A stretch of DNA of 64,000 nucleotides from positions 101,642-165,641 of the forward strand of contig DJVT01000014.1 in the NCBI GenBank assembly GCA_002441305.1, written 5' to 3'. This DNA is from Candidatus Omnitrophica bacterium UBA6249 (GTDB taxonomy: Bacteria > Omnitrophota > Gorgyraeia > Gygaellales > Profunditerraquicolaceae). Below the pieces are notes generated by a model, which was given only the letters and a program-made list of their open reading frames with translations, was not told where the DNA came from and made no database searches. Positions 52,478-62,164 of this stretch are shown here, piece after piece. The number at the start of each line of letters is the position of its first letter. Positions within the stretch are counted from its first letter, which is position 1. The position numbers and the translations under genes were made by a program.

Positions 52478-54946
52478 TTAGAAATTATGGCTGGCGCTGA
52501 AATGGAACTGCCCGCTCTTCTTGCTGTCCTCGCCGGGCTCCTTGTCAAAAGGGATACCATAATCAAGCATTATCGGCCCTATGGGCGTCCTGATGCGTAG
52601 CCCAAGGCCCACGCTGGACTTGAACCCGCCGCTGTTAGATACCCCATTGGCATCCTTGTTCGAAAATATGTCCCCCACCTTCTCCCAAACATTACCTACG
52701 TCATAAAAAGCCGCCACTTTCAGGAAACTGAAAAGAGGATAAGTATACTCGATATTGGCGATGGCCATGGAAGCGCCGCCCAGGGGATCATGATCCCCGT
52801 CGCTGCTGACCGGGCCGACCTTCCTCTCTTCGTAGCCTCTGATCGTATAAGCGCCGCCGGCGAAGAACCTTTCGTAAATCGGTATCCTGTCCGTACTTCC
52901 GTACGGCTGGGCTAAACCTATTCTTCCCCTCACTTCAAGCACTGCCCCCCGGGGCATGGGGAAATAATGCGAAGCCCGTGCAAAGAATTTAGTGAAACTT
53001 TTGTCGCCGCCGAGCGGGCCGCCTGCAAAATCGAATGAAGCAGTAAATAAATTGCCTTTCCTGGTATCGAAGACATTATCCCTTGAATCGTAAGTCAGGC
53101 TGGGAGAAAGCGTGCTGATCAGGTTCTTTCCCATTTCCTCCGTCAAGTTGGTATCAGAACTGGAGGGATTGCTGAGATCGACCTCATCCAAACGATACAT
53201 AATATCCCCGCGCAAATACTCCGACAGCTCCCTGCCCAAGCGTATATCCCCTCCCGTGACTTTTTCGTCATAACCGTAACCTACATCCGTATCCCGGTCG
53301 TGCGTATGCCGGTAAAGGTCGAAACCGAAAGAAACCGGGTAATCGAACATCCAGGGTTCGGTAAAACTTAAATCAAAACCGTTGCTCAAGCTCCCGATGG
53401 AAGCGCGCACCTTCAAATTCTGCCCGGCCCCGGTAAAATACGGCCAGTTTTTCCAGTCGAAATTCTTCTGCTCGACTTCGACAAACCCGATGAACTCATC
53501 CACCGTGCTGTATCCGCCCCCGAAACTGAAAGAGCCGGTCTTGGTCTCTTTTACGTCGACCACCAAATCCTTTTTATCCGGCTCCCTGGTATCCTCGGTG
53601 TCGTAGCTGATCTCTTCGAAATAACCCAGGTTAGTCAGCCTCTCCTTGCTGCGGCGTAATTTTTCACCGTCAAACCTGTCCCCGGGATGAAGCCTTAATT
53701 CCCTGCGGATAACCACATCTTTTGTCTTGATGTTACCGCGTATTTTAATCTTATCCACATAGACAACCTGATGCTCATTGATCGCGTAGGTAATATCCAC
53801 CCTGCCGGTATCGGGGTTCACCACGGTAGAATCCTGGACCTGCGCCGATATGTACCCGCGGTCGAAGTACAAACCCTGCACCTCGGTAATATCCATTTTC
53901 ATGGCGTCCGCGCTAAAAACCTTGCCCGGCACGCACCGGGTCAGGCAGCTGAGTATCTTCTTTTCCGGGATATCCTTGTTGCCCCGTACCACTACCGAGC
54001 CTACGAGATATTTCTTGCCTTCATTTACCCGGATAATAACATACAAAAGATACGGCTGGGAAGGGTCCGTATCTACTTCATAATCGACCGCTACATCGGT
54101 AAACCCTTCGCGCTGATAGAAAGACTTGATCCTGCCCATATCCTCCTTGATCACTTCCTCTTTAAGGACCCCGGCGTTAAAAAACCAGGCGCGCTTTGTC
54201 TTGATCAGTTTCAAGATGCGCTTGGAGGGGAATGATTTATTCCCCTGGACAGTAATGTCCTTGATGCGGATCTTCCTGCCTTCGACGACATCGAAATTCA
54301 CATTCGCCTTGTTCGTCTCTTCGTCCAAATCTACTTTATAGCTCACCTCCGCCTGGCTGTACCCCATCTTCTCGTACATCTTCTTTAAAGTGCGCACATC
54401 CTCATTCAGGCTGGGGTAATCCAGGTACTGCGTCTGGCGGGATTTCAATTGCTGTTTCAGCTTCTCCTCTTTCATGGTAATACGGGTTATCCCGCTAAAG
54501 GATATCTTTTCTATAAGCGGGCGCTCCGCCACTTTCAGGATAACCTTCAGGCCGTCCTTGTAATCCTGCGTGTCTATTTTGATATCGTTGAAGAAACCGA
54601 GAAGGTAAAGCCTCTTTAAATCGTCGCTGATCACGTTTTCCTGGTAAGGGCTTCCCACGCGCGTCTTTATTTTGGAGATAATCACATTCGTGCTTATGGA
54701 CTTATTGCCTATGACTTCGATGGAGGTTACTTTTTTTAAAGAAGTCTCTTCCTGGCGCGGGGCGGAAGGGCTTTCCTGAGCAGGCTCTTGAGCGGAAGAG
54801 GGTGCTGCATCTTCTCCCGCCGGCGGAACGGAACTAGCGGACTCTTCACCCTCGGCCCAAAGCTGGGACAGGCGGAGTCCGGAAAAAGAAAGGAGTCCGC
54901 TGAGGATAAAGAAAATAAATAAGGGTATTAAGACTGTTTTGCGCAT
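52478..54946 (-). CDS. bamA: Outer membrane protein assembly factor BamA
   Basis: 822 aa with POTRA repeats followed by a beta-barrel and a C-terminal ...SASHNF. Confidence 0.9.
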   Translation of the reverse strand: MRKTVLIPLFIFFILSGLLSFSGLRLSQLWAEGEESASSVPPAGEDAAPSSAQEPAQESPSAPRQEETSLKKVTSIEVIGNKSISTNVIISKIKTRVGSPYQENVISDDLKRLYLLGFFNDIKIDTQDYKDGLKVILKVAERPLIEKISFSGITRITMKEEKLKQQLKSRQTQYLDYPSLNEDVRTLKKMYEKMGYSQAEVSYKVDLDEETNKANVNFDVVEGRKIRIKDITVQGNKSFPSKRILKLIKTKRAWFFNAGVLKEEVIKEDMGRIKSFYQREGFTDVAVDYEVDTDPSQPYLLYVIIRVNEGKKYLVGSVVVRGNKDIPEKKILSCLTRCVPGKVFSADAMKMDITEVQGLYFDRGYISAQVQDSTVVNPDTGRVDITYAINEHQVVYVDKIKIRGNIKTKDVVIRRELRLHPGDRFDGEKLRRSKERLTNLGYFEEISYDTEDTREPDKKDLVVDVKETKTGSFSFGGGYSTVDEFIGFVEVEQKNFDWKNWPYFTGAGQNLKVRASIGSLSNGFDLSFTEPWMFDYPVSFGFDLYRHTHDRDTDVGYGYDEKVTGGDIRLGRELSEYLRGDIMYRLDEVDLSNPSSSDTNLTEEMGKNLISTLSPSLTYDSRDNVFDTRKGNLFTASFDFAGGPLGGDKSFTKFFARASHYFPMPRGAVLEVRGRIGLAQPYGSTDRIPIYERFFAGGAYTIRGYEERKVGPVSSDGDHDPLGGASMAIANIEYTYPLFSFLKVAAFYDVGNVWEKVGDIFSNKDANGVSNSGGFKSSVGLGLRIRTPIGPIMLDYGIPFDKEPGEDSKKSGQFHFSASHNF

Positions 54947-55018
54947 TTGTGGCTATTATATAAGAATAGGCGGCTTAAATCAAACATTTTATCCGCCGGC
55001 CCGGGCAACACAAAAAAG

Positions 55019-56371
55019 TTATTCCAGGGCGCCGTCAATTTTCGATAAATTATCAAACCTGGTGAATTCCTTGATGAAAGCCAGCTTTATCGTGCCCACG
55101 GGGCCGTTACGCTGTTTGGCGATAATCGCCTCCGCTACTCCCTGGTTGTCGGGCGAAGGCGTATAATACTCCTCCCGCAATATCAAGACTACCACGTCCG
55201 CATCCTGTTCGATCGCTCCGGACTCCCTCAAATCGGAAAGCTGAGGGCGGTGGTCGGTGCGGGATTCCACCGCGCGGGACAACTGGCTAATGGCGATAAC
55301 TGGCACATTCAATTCCCTCGCCAGGGCCTTAAGCGAACGCGATATCTCGGAAATCTCCTGCTGGCGGCTCTCGGTATTCGTTACCGAACCGCGCATCAAC
55401 TGCATATAATCGAGAATAATCAGTTTTATATCGTGGTGTGATTTGAGGCGCCTGGCCCGGGCGCGCAGCTCCATCACCGATATGGCCGGAGTATCGTCGA
55501 TAAAAATCGGGGCCTCGGATAATTTTCCCGCGGCCGCGGTAAGCTTGGGCCAATCGCTGGTAGACAGATACCCGGTCCTGACCTTATGCGCGTCGACCCT
55601 GGCGTGGGAACAAAGCATCCTCTGCGCCAGCTGTTCCTTGGACATCTCCAGGCTGAAGATCGCGGTCGGGATCTTCTCGATCACGCCGGCGTATTCGGCC
55701 ATCCCGAGCGCAAAGGCGCTCTTGCCCATGGACGGCCTTCCGGCAACGATAATCAAGTCCGAAGGCTGCAGGCCGGCGGTCTTGATATCAAAATCTATGT
55801 ACCCTGTGGGGATCCCGGTAACGTGGGCCTTATTCTGGTAAAGCCGGTCAATGGTCTCGATGGAATCTTTGACGATCTCTTTGAGCGGAAGATAAGAACC
55901 CTGGTTCCTCCTGTCGCTTACTTCGAAGATAAGCCTCTCGGCGGTATCCACGACCTCGGCGATGTTGCCTTCGCTCTCATGGCAAAACGAAATGATCTTG
56001 GTAGAATTATTGATCAGGGTCCTGAGTATATATTTTTCCCTGACGATCCCCGCATAATGGTTTATATTCGCGGCTGTAGGCACCGCGTTGGCCAGCGAAG
56101 TAAGATAACTGGCCCCCCCTATGGAATCGAGGGAGTTGTCCTTTTTCAGGGCGTCGGCCAATGTTATCAAATCCACCGCCTTGTTGGCGTTATAAAGGTC
56201 GCTTATGGTCTGGAATATCTTCCTGTGGGTATCCTTATAAAAACAGCCCGCTTCGAGCTTTTCCACGGCGGAAGCAACCGCCTCTTCATCAAGAAGCATG
56301 GAGCCAAGCACGGCCATTTCCGCTTCCAGGTTCTGCGGGGGGAGTTTGTCTAAAATCGCATCTTGCGGCAT
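55019..56371 (-). CDS. dnaB: Replicative DNA helicase DnaB
   Basis: PPQNLEAEMAVLGSMLLD, the Walker A GRPSMGKSAF, and IAKQRNGPVG. Confidence 0.95.
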   Translation of the reverse strand: MPQDAILDKLPPQNLEAEMAVLGSMLLDEEAVASAVEKLEAGCFYKDTHRKIFQTISDLYNANKAVDLITLADALKKDNSLDSIGGASYLTSLANAVPTAANINHYAGIVREKYILRTLINNSTKIISFCHESEGNIAEVVDTAERLIFEVSDRRNQGSYLPLKEIVKDSIETIDRLYQNKAHVTGIPTGYIDFDIKTAGLQPSDLIIVAGRPSMGKSAFALGMAEYAGVIEKIPTAIFSLEMSKEQLAQRMLCSHARVDAHKVRTGYLSTSDWPKLTAAAGKLSEAPIFIDDTPAISVMELRARARRLKSHHDIKLIILDYMQLMRGSVTNTESRQQEISEISRSLKALARELNVPVIAISQLSRAVESRTDHRPQLSDLRESGAIEQDADVVVLILREEYYTPSPDNQGVAEAIIAKQRNGPVGTIKLAFIKEFTRFDNLSKIDGALE

Positions 56372-56373
56372 CT

Positions 56374-56817
56374 TTATTTCTTAACGACCCATAGCTTAAC
56401 CGTCGCGTTTACCTCCGCATGAAGCCTGACGGTTAATTCATAAATACCGAGGGATTTTATCGGCTCGGGGAGCTCGATAGCATTTTTCTCTATGGCAAAA
56501 CCCTCCTGCTTGAGGGCTTCCGATATATCATGTGAACTTATACTGCCGTATAATTTTTCTTCTCCCTGGACCAGGGCCGGGATGGTCAAAGAAAGTGCAT
56601 CCAGGCGCCCTTTCAGCTCTTCGGACTCTTTTTTATCCCGGGCATACTGTTCGGACCTTGCCTGCATGTCCTGTTCCAGCTTTTTTATCCCGCCGGCGGT
56701 AGCCTCCTGGGCCAGCTTATGGGGAAAAAGGAAATTCCTGGCATAGCCTTCTTTAACTTCCGCTACAGTACCGGCCCTGCCAACCTTAGCCACATCTTTA
56801 ATCAGAATTACTTTCAT
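56374..56817 (-). CDS. rplI: 50S ribosomal protein L9
   Basis: MKVILIKDVAKVGRAGTVAEVKEGYARNFLFP. Confidence 0.9.
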   Translation of the reverse strand: MKVILIKDVAKVGRAGTVAEVKEGYARNFLFPHKLAQEATAGGIKKLEQDMQARSEQYARDKKESEELKGRLDALSLTIPALVQGEEKLYGSISSHDISEALKQEGFAIEKNAIELPEPIKSLGIYELTVRLHAEVNATVKLWVVKK

Positions 56818-56822
56818 TCTCT

Positions 56823-57098
56823 TTAACGGGTATAAGGAAGAAGGGAAAGGAACCTGGCTTTATTGATCAATTCCCTGATTCTCCGCTGGTGCTTGGCGCA
56901 ATTGCCGGAAAAACGGCTGGAGACAATCTTGCCCTTTTCGGTCATGAATACTTCCAGCCTCTTGATATCCTTATAATCAATGGCGCCCATCTTATCCGCG
57001 CAGAAACGGCAGAATCTTTTTCTTGCCGGGCCAAGCGCATTTTTCTTCTTTTTGATTATCTTTTTATCTTTGCCGAAACCTCTGCCTTTCACCTTCAT
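56823..57098 (-). CDS. rpsR: 30S ribosomal protein S18
   Basis: CRFC....IDYKD...L..F..E.GKI..SR.SG.CAKHQR. Confidence 0.9.
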   Translation of the reverse strand: MKVKGRGFGKDKKIIKKKKNALGPARKRFCRFCADKMGAIDYKDIKRLEVFMTEKGKIVSSRFSGNCAKHQRRIRELINKARFLSLLPYTR

Positions 57099-57133
57099 TG
57101 TATCCCCCTGTATTCTCTGCTGTTTATTTTAAT

Positions 57134-57607
57134 TTAATTGGAATCCTCTTCGCTGGGCGGAACTTCGTCCATGCTGGTATCCGAAAGCCAGTTTGCCTCG
57201 CTTCCGGAATCATCGGCAGGCAGGGAATCCCCCTGCCCCTGATAGCCGGACGGCTGGGCCGGTGTTCTTGCCTGTGCCGGGGACCCCATAAATTGCACGC
57301 GCTCGGCCCTTACTTCGATTACAGAGCGTTTTGCCCCCGCATTATCCTCCCAGGAGCGCGACTGAAGCCTGCCCTCGACAAAAACCCCGCTGCCTTTACG
57401 CAAATACTGATTGCAGGTCTCCGCCTGCTTATTCCAGACCACGGCGGTGATAAAACAAACCTCTTCTTTCAACTCCTGGTCTTTGCTGCGGTATTTCCGG
57501 TTCACCGCCATCCTGAGGTTGGCCACGGCTGTGCCCTGCGGGGTATAACGCAACTCCGGGTCCTTGGTCAAATTTCCCATCAATAATACTTTATTGTAAC
57601 TGGCCAT
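57134..57607 (-). CDS. ssb: Single-stranded DNA-binding protein
   Basis: The OB fold begins YNKVLLMGNLTKDPELRYTPQGTAVANLRMAVN. The C-terminal tail is acidic. Confidence 0.9.
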   Translation of the reverse strand: MASYNKVLLMGNLTKDPELRYTPQGTAVANLRMAVNRKYRSKDQELKEEVCFITAVVWNKQAETCNQYLRKGSGVFVEGRLQSRSWEDNAGAKRSVIEVRAERVQFMGSPAQARTPAQPSGYQGQGDSLPADDSGSEANWLSDTSMDEVPPSEEDSN

Positions 57608-57640
57608 AACGCCCTCCTCGCCCTAATCCTCTATCCGAAG

Positions 57641-57931
57641 TTACGCATCCATACGGGTAAACAATACTCTTAAGATCCCCTCATTGAGCTTATAGATTCC
57701 GCGCATTTCCTTGATCGCCTGCGCGGGGGCGCTGAAAGATACCAGGTAATAAACGCCTTCCGTGAACTTCTTGATCGGGAAACAAAATTTGCGCCTCTCG
57801 GCCCACACCCCGGACTGGGAAACCTGTCCGCCGTTCTTGGTGACAGCGTCATCGATCTGTTTGAATAAGACTTTTCTGTCCTCTTCGGATAAATCAGGTT
57901 TGACGATCAACATTGCTTCATAATTATTCAT
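57641..57931 (-). CDS. rpsF: 30S ribosomal protein S6
   Basis: MNNYEAMLIVKPDLSEED...GVWAERRKFCFPIKK. Confidence 0.9.
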   Translation of the reverse strand: MNNYEAMLIVKPDLSEEDRKVLFKQIDDAVTKNGGQVSQSGVWAERRKFCFPIKKFTEGVYYLVSFSAPAQAIKEMRGIYKLNEGILRVLFTRMDA

Positions 57932-58502
57932 TTTTGCTCCTTGTGTTAAAACTGTCCATAGTAACGATTATGCCGTCTTTTATCCAGCTCAAACAACAAC
58001 TTACCGCTTCTTCTTTTGCCTGTTCGACCAAAACCTTTTCCTTGCGCGGAAACCCCGCCAGCACATAAGAAGAAGCGTCTTCCGGCCTGGGAGGACGGCC
58101 TATGCCTATACGCAGGCGGTTAAAATCATCCCTTCCCAGCCTTTCGATAATGGAAGAGAGCCCGCGCTGCCCCCCGCTTGAACCTTTTGCGCGTATCCTG
58201 ATCCTGCCCAATTCCAGGTCCATATCGTCGCAGACGACCAGGATATCGCGGGGTTCCAGTTTGAACCTTTTCAGCAGGGAACTGACCGCTGCGCCGCTTA
58301 AATTCATAAATGTCTGCGGCATAGCCAAAACAAGGCCGGTCCCTTCGAATGCGCACTCGGCCAGCATGGAAGATGCCTGGCGGTCTCTTTTAAATCCGGT
58401 TTTCAAGTAACGGGCCAGGTCCTTGACTACCATAAACCCGATATTATGACGGGAACCCGAGTAGCTGAAACCGGGATTGCCCAACCCTGCGATCAACTTC
58501 AC
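57924..58502 (-). CDS. pth: Peptidyl-tRNA hydrolase
   Basis: MKLIAGLGNPG..Y..SRHNIGFMV. Confidence 0.9.
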   Translation of the reverse strand: MKLIAGLGNPGFSYSGSRHNIGFMVVKDLARYLKTGFKRDRQASSMLAECAFEGTGLVLAMPQTFMNLSGAAVSSLLKRFKLEPRDILVVCDDMDLELGRIRIRAKGSSGGQRGLSSIIERLGRDDFNRLRIGIGRPPRPEDASSYVLAGFPRKEKVLVEQAKEEAVSCCLSWIKDGIIVTMDSFNTRSKNE

Positions 58503-58541
58503 CCCGCACCTTCTATTTTATAGGTATCCAGGAACAAAAGG

Positions 58542-59240
58542 CTACTTCTTCTCCTTGCCCTTTGCTTCTCCCTCGGCGGCCGCGCCCTCGGAGGCGGGTT
58601 CTTTCTTCTCCTTGATAACCTCAGGCTCCTGCTTCTCTTCGCCCTCTTCCCCTTCGGCCGGGGCTTCTTCTTTCATCGGAGCGGCAATATGCAAGACGAT
58701 CGCTTCAGGATCATTCAAAGGAGTGACCCCTTCCGGGAAAATTATATCTTTGACATGTATGGCCTCGCCCATCTTAAGGGCGGTTATATCGATTTCAATG
58801 TTCTCCGGAATATTGGTCGGCAGGCATTCCACTTCGAGCTCCCAAAGTATATGCTCCAGCGAACCGCCTTCCTGCTTAACCCCCACAGCTTCCCCTTTAA
58901 TCTCAACGCCCACGTTAACCTTGATCGCCTCGGTAAGAGATATCTCGTTAAAATCCAGATGCATAATCTCTTCGCTTACCGGGTCATACTGGATTTCCTT
59001 AACCAGGCATGAACGCCCTTCGGATTTCTTATCGTCTTTTATCTTCAGCTTGATGATCACGCTTTCCAGATGGTACTGGTGCACCAGCTTCAAAAGCGCG
59101 CTTTTGGAGAATTTTATCGATACGGGTTTGTCTTCTTTTGAATAAACCACGGAAGGCAAATACCCGCTGTTCCTCAACACTTTTGCCTTAGCGCTTCCCT
59201 GTTCCTGTCTTAATTCAGCTTCTAAAAATATCTCTTCCAT
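58542..59240 (-). CDS. rplY: 50S ribosomal protein L25 / general stress protein Ctc
   Basis: L25/Ctc N-terminal and beta-domain pattern (LRNSGYLPSVVY...VKEIQYDPV) with an acidic/Lys-rich tail. Confidence 0.85.
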   Translation of the reverse strand: MEEIFLEAELRQEQGSAKAKVLRNSGYLPSVVYSKEDKPVSIKFSKSALLKLVHQYHLESVIIKLKIKDDKKSEGRSCLVKEIQYDPVSEEIMHLDFNEISLTEAIKVNVGVEIKGEAVGVKQEGGSLEHILWELEVECLPTNIPENIEIDITALKMGEAIHVKDIIFPEGVTPLNDPEAIVLHIAAPMKEEAPAEGEEGEEKQEPEVIKEKKEPASEGAAAEGEAKGKEKK

Positions 59241-59278
59241 TCGTCTTTACCTTTCTTTCTTTATTTATTTTTATGTAT

Positions 59279-60217
59279 TTAATCAAACAGGCAACTTACC
59301 GATTCTTCGTTATGTATCCTTTTTATCGCTTCCGCCAAAAGGTTTGCCACGGAAAGCACCTGGATCTTCGGGTGCGCCTTTTCGGGAGAAAGCGGGATAC
59401 TGTCTGAAATAAGAAGTTTTTCCAGCCCCTTGCACTGGTCCACGCGCTGAATCGCCGGCCCGGAAAGTATGCCGTGCGCGATTGCGGCGTAAATGGACTT
59501 GGCCTTGGCTTTCTTCAGGGCCTCTACGGCCTCGATCAACGAACTCCCCGTAGCCACCAGGTCATCTACGATAATTACGTTCTTGCCCTCCACTTCGCCC
59601 ATGATATGCATGGCTTCCGCTTTTTCGGGCGAGACCCTGCGCTTGTCGATTATCGCCAGGCCGGAGGAAACCCTCTTGGCGTAAGCCCTTGCCATCTTTA
59701 TGCTCCCTACGTCGGGAGAAACGGCAACCAGGTCCTTTATGTTCATTTTAGAGAAGTATTCCACGAATACCCCGACGGAAAATAAATGGTCTACGGGAAT
59801 ATCGAAAAACCCCTGTATCTGCCCGGCGTGCAAATCCATGGTCAGGATGCGGTTTGCCCCGGCGGTAGTCAAAAGATTGGCTACCAATTTAGCGGTAATC
59901 GGCACACGCGGCTGGTCCTTCCTGTCCTGGCGGGCGTATCCGAAATACGGTATCACCGCGGTAATCCTGTGAGCGGACGCCCTTCTCAAGGCGTCGATCA
60001 TAATCAAAAGCTCCATGAGGTTGTCGTTAGAGGGAGGACAGGTAGGCTGGACTATAAATACGTCCTTTCCTCTCACGTTCTCGTTTATCTTTACCCTGAT
60101 CTCCCCTTCGCTGAACTTGCCGACCAAGGCATCCTGGAGCCTGATCTTAAGGGACTTGCAGATGTCCCTGGCCAAGGCAGCATGCGCATTACCGCTGAAA
60201 ACAGCTAATTTATCCAT
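59279..60217 (-). CDS. prs: Ribose-phosphate pyrophosphokinase
   Basis: GYARQDRK, and the PRPP-binding loop VIIVDDLVATGSS. Confidence 0.95.
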   Translation of the reverse strand: MDKLAVFSGNAHAALARDICKSLKIRLQDALVGKFSEGEIRVKINENVRGKDVFIVQPTCPPSNDNLMELLIMIDALRRASAHRITAVIPYFGYARQDRKDQPRVPITAKLVANLLTTAGANRILTMDLHAGQIQGFFDIPVDHLFSVGVFVEYFSKMNIKDLVAVSPDVGSIKMARAYAKRVSSGLAIIDKRRVSPEKAEAMHIMGEVEGKNVIIVDDLVATGSSLIEAVEALKKAKAKSIYAAIAHGILSGPAIQRVDQCKGLEKLLISDSIPLSPEKAHPKIQVLSVANLLAEAIKRIHNEESVSCLFD

Positions 60218-61511
60218 TTCTTCCCCCTACCCGTCTAGCGACAGGCAGGCCTGCCGAAAGCGTTTTTTTCTTTAAATTACGCGCCGGGACACCAGCGACC
60301 ACCGCTGAACCCGGGACATCCTTTGTGACCACGGAACCGGCTCCCGTAACCGCATTCGCGCCTATAACCACCGGAGCGACAATGATCGTATCGGAGCCGA
60401 TCCTGGCATTATCTTTAATCACCGTCTTGTGCTTGTTGAAACCGTCGAAATTGGCCGTAACCGTGCCTGCGCCTATATTGACCCTGGATCCTAAGGAACT
60501 GTCCCCGAGATAGGAAAAATGCTTTACGAAGGTACTGGCTCCTACGCGCGAACGCGAAATCTCGATGAAATTCCCCGCGGTAACCCCGTCCTTCAGCTCC
60601 GTTCCCTCGCGCAGATGGGCAAAAGGCCCGACTGAACAATGCCTTCCAATTTTAACATTCCTTTCAACCACTGTAAAGGGATAAATCACTGTATCCGCGC
60701 CTATTTTCGCGTCGAAACAGATAAAAGTCGAATCCGGGTCGATAATGCTTACCCCTTTGCGCATCAGGCCTTCATTGATCCTCCGGCGGATAAGCGAATC
60801 CGCCCTGGACAGCTCCTGCCGGGTATTGATTCCCAGCCCTTCGTCGGCATCCTCGGCCTTGAGACCCTCCACCAAACAGCCCTTCGCGGACAAGATCCCT
60901 ATCATATCCGTCAGGTAATATTCTTTTTTGCGGTTATTATTACGGATGCGCCCCAGGTACTTATCCAGGCTGCGCTTTTTAAACGCCATAATCCCGGTAT
61001 TTATCTCTTTGATGTCCTTCTGCGCCTCGTCGGCATCCTTTTCCTCGACGATCCCGCAGATGGAAAAATACTTATCCCGGATGATTCTTCCGTACCCGGA
61101 AGGTTTTTTCAATTCCGCCGTGAGCAATGTCGCATCCGCCCCGGACTGCTTATGGTAAGCAATAAGTTTTTTAAGTGTTTCTTTTCTCAGCAGCGGGTTA
61201 TCCCCGTAAAGCACGAGCACAGTGCCGCTAAAGCCTTTCAGGGATTTAAGCCCGGCCTTAATCGCGTCTGCCGTACCTTGCAGTTTTTTCTGGACGGCGA
61301 TCTTTACCCCGTCCGGCACGGCGCCGCTTACCATCTCGTGCTTGAATCCAAGCACTGCCACGCTCCGCGCTGGGCTTAAAGAAGCAACCAGGTCGAATAC
61401 ATAGCCGAGCATCGGCCTGCCGCAAATATTATGCAGCACCTTGGGTGTCTCGGAGCGCATACGGGTGCTTTTACCCGCCGCCAGTACTATGACCGCTATA
61501 TCCTTTTTCAT
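60210..61511 (-). CDS. glmU: Bifunctional GlcNAc-1-P uridyltransferase / GlcN-1-P acetyltransferase GlmU
   Basis: MKKDIAVIVLAAGKSTRM plus C-terminal hexapeptide repeats. The track start 61532 would overlap tRNA-Gln, so I prefer ATG 61511. Confidence 0.9.
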   Translation of the reverse strand: MKKDIAVIVLAAGKSTRMRSETPKVLHNICGRPMLGYVFDLVASLSPARSVAVLGFKHEMVSGAVPDGVKIAVQKKLQGTADAIKAGLKSLKGFSGTVLVLYGDNPLLRKETLKKLIAYHKQSGADATLLTAELKKPSGYGRIIRDKYFSICGIVEEKDADEAQKDIKEINTGIMAFKKRSLDKYLGRIRNNNRKKEYYLTDMIGILSAKGCLVEGLKAEDADEGLGINTRQELSRADSLIRRRINEGLMRKGVSIIDPDSTFICFDAKIGADTVIYPFTVVERNVKIGRHCSVGPFAHLREGTELKDGVTAGNFIEISRSRVGASTFVKHFSYLGDSSLGSRVNIGAGTVTANFDGFNKHKTVIKDNARIGSDTIIVAPVVIGANAVTGAGSVVTKDVPGSAVVAGVPARNLKKKTLSAGLPVARRVGGRNG

Positions 61512-61518
61512 ATTGAGA

Positions 61519-61592
61519 TGGTTGCCCGGCAAGGATTCGAACCTTGACAGTCAGACCCAAATTCTGATGTGCTGCCATTACACTACCGGGCA
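61519..61592 (-). tRNA. tRNA-Gln (TTG), CCA encoded
   Basis: TGCCCGGTAGTGTAATGGCAGCACATCAGAATTTGGGTCTGACTGTCAAGGTTCGAATCCTTGCCGGGCAACCA. Confidence 0.85.
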
Positions 61593-61690
61593 AAATTTAA
61601 TGTTCAATACCCATACCCGCAGACAAAAACGCCTTCTCACAGGGGTTGGCCGCAAAAGATCCGGATGCCGAAATGACCGCTCCAAGCACG

Positions 61691-62084
61691 CTATTTAGCC
61701 TTAAACTTGCCCTTCTCCTGTTCGTACGCTTCAAGGATTTTTTTCTGCAAATATTCTCTAAACTGTTGTGTTATGGGGTGTGCTATATCCTTATGCTCGG
61801 ACTGGCTGCCTGCCCCTTCCTCAGCGTGTTGCGGGGGGACCTCTGCCGGTAGAGCCGCAGCGCATTGATTGCAAAATTTACTGCGCAACTCATTCTTAAA
61901 AGAACATTTGGGGCAAGGATACTTTACTTTCCGGGAAGGCATGGCGATAAACAAACCGGCGGAGCCCTCGATGACCTTGATATTCCTTACCACAAAGACA
62001 TTGTCAAAAAGTTACCGTGGTATACGCCTTCAGTTTCTTATCCGGCGAATCCTTCAAAACTACTCTTACTTCCGTTATCTCCAT
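61691..62084 (-). pseudogene. spoVG: spoVG homologue interrupted by a +1 frameshift in a T5 run, and carrying a zinc-ribbon insertion
   Basis: ATG 62084 has the SD GGGGAGG and encodes MEITEVRVVLKDSPDKKLKAYTTVTF, then TGA at 62004-62006. The +1 frame continues DNVFVVRNIKVIEGSAGLFIAMPSRK...DIAHPIT (track ORF 61691..61993). Confidence 0.75.
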
Positions 62085-62164
62085 CGCCTACCTCCCCTGG
62101 TCCGTCCGCCGAAGAGCAGATCCTTCCGTCCGTACAGACAACTCTGATATCCGGGTTCACTCTA

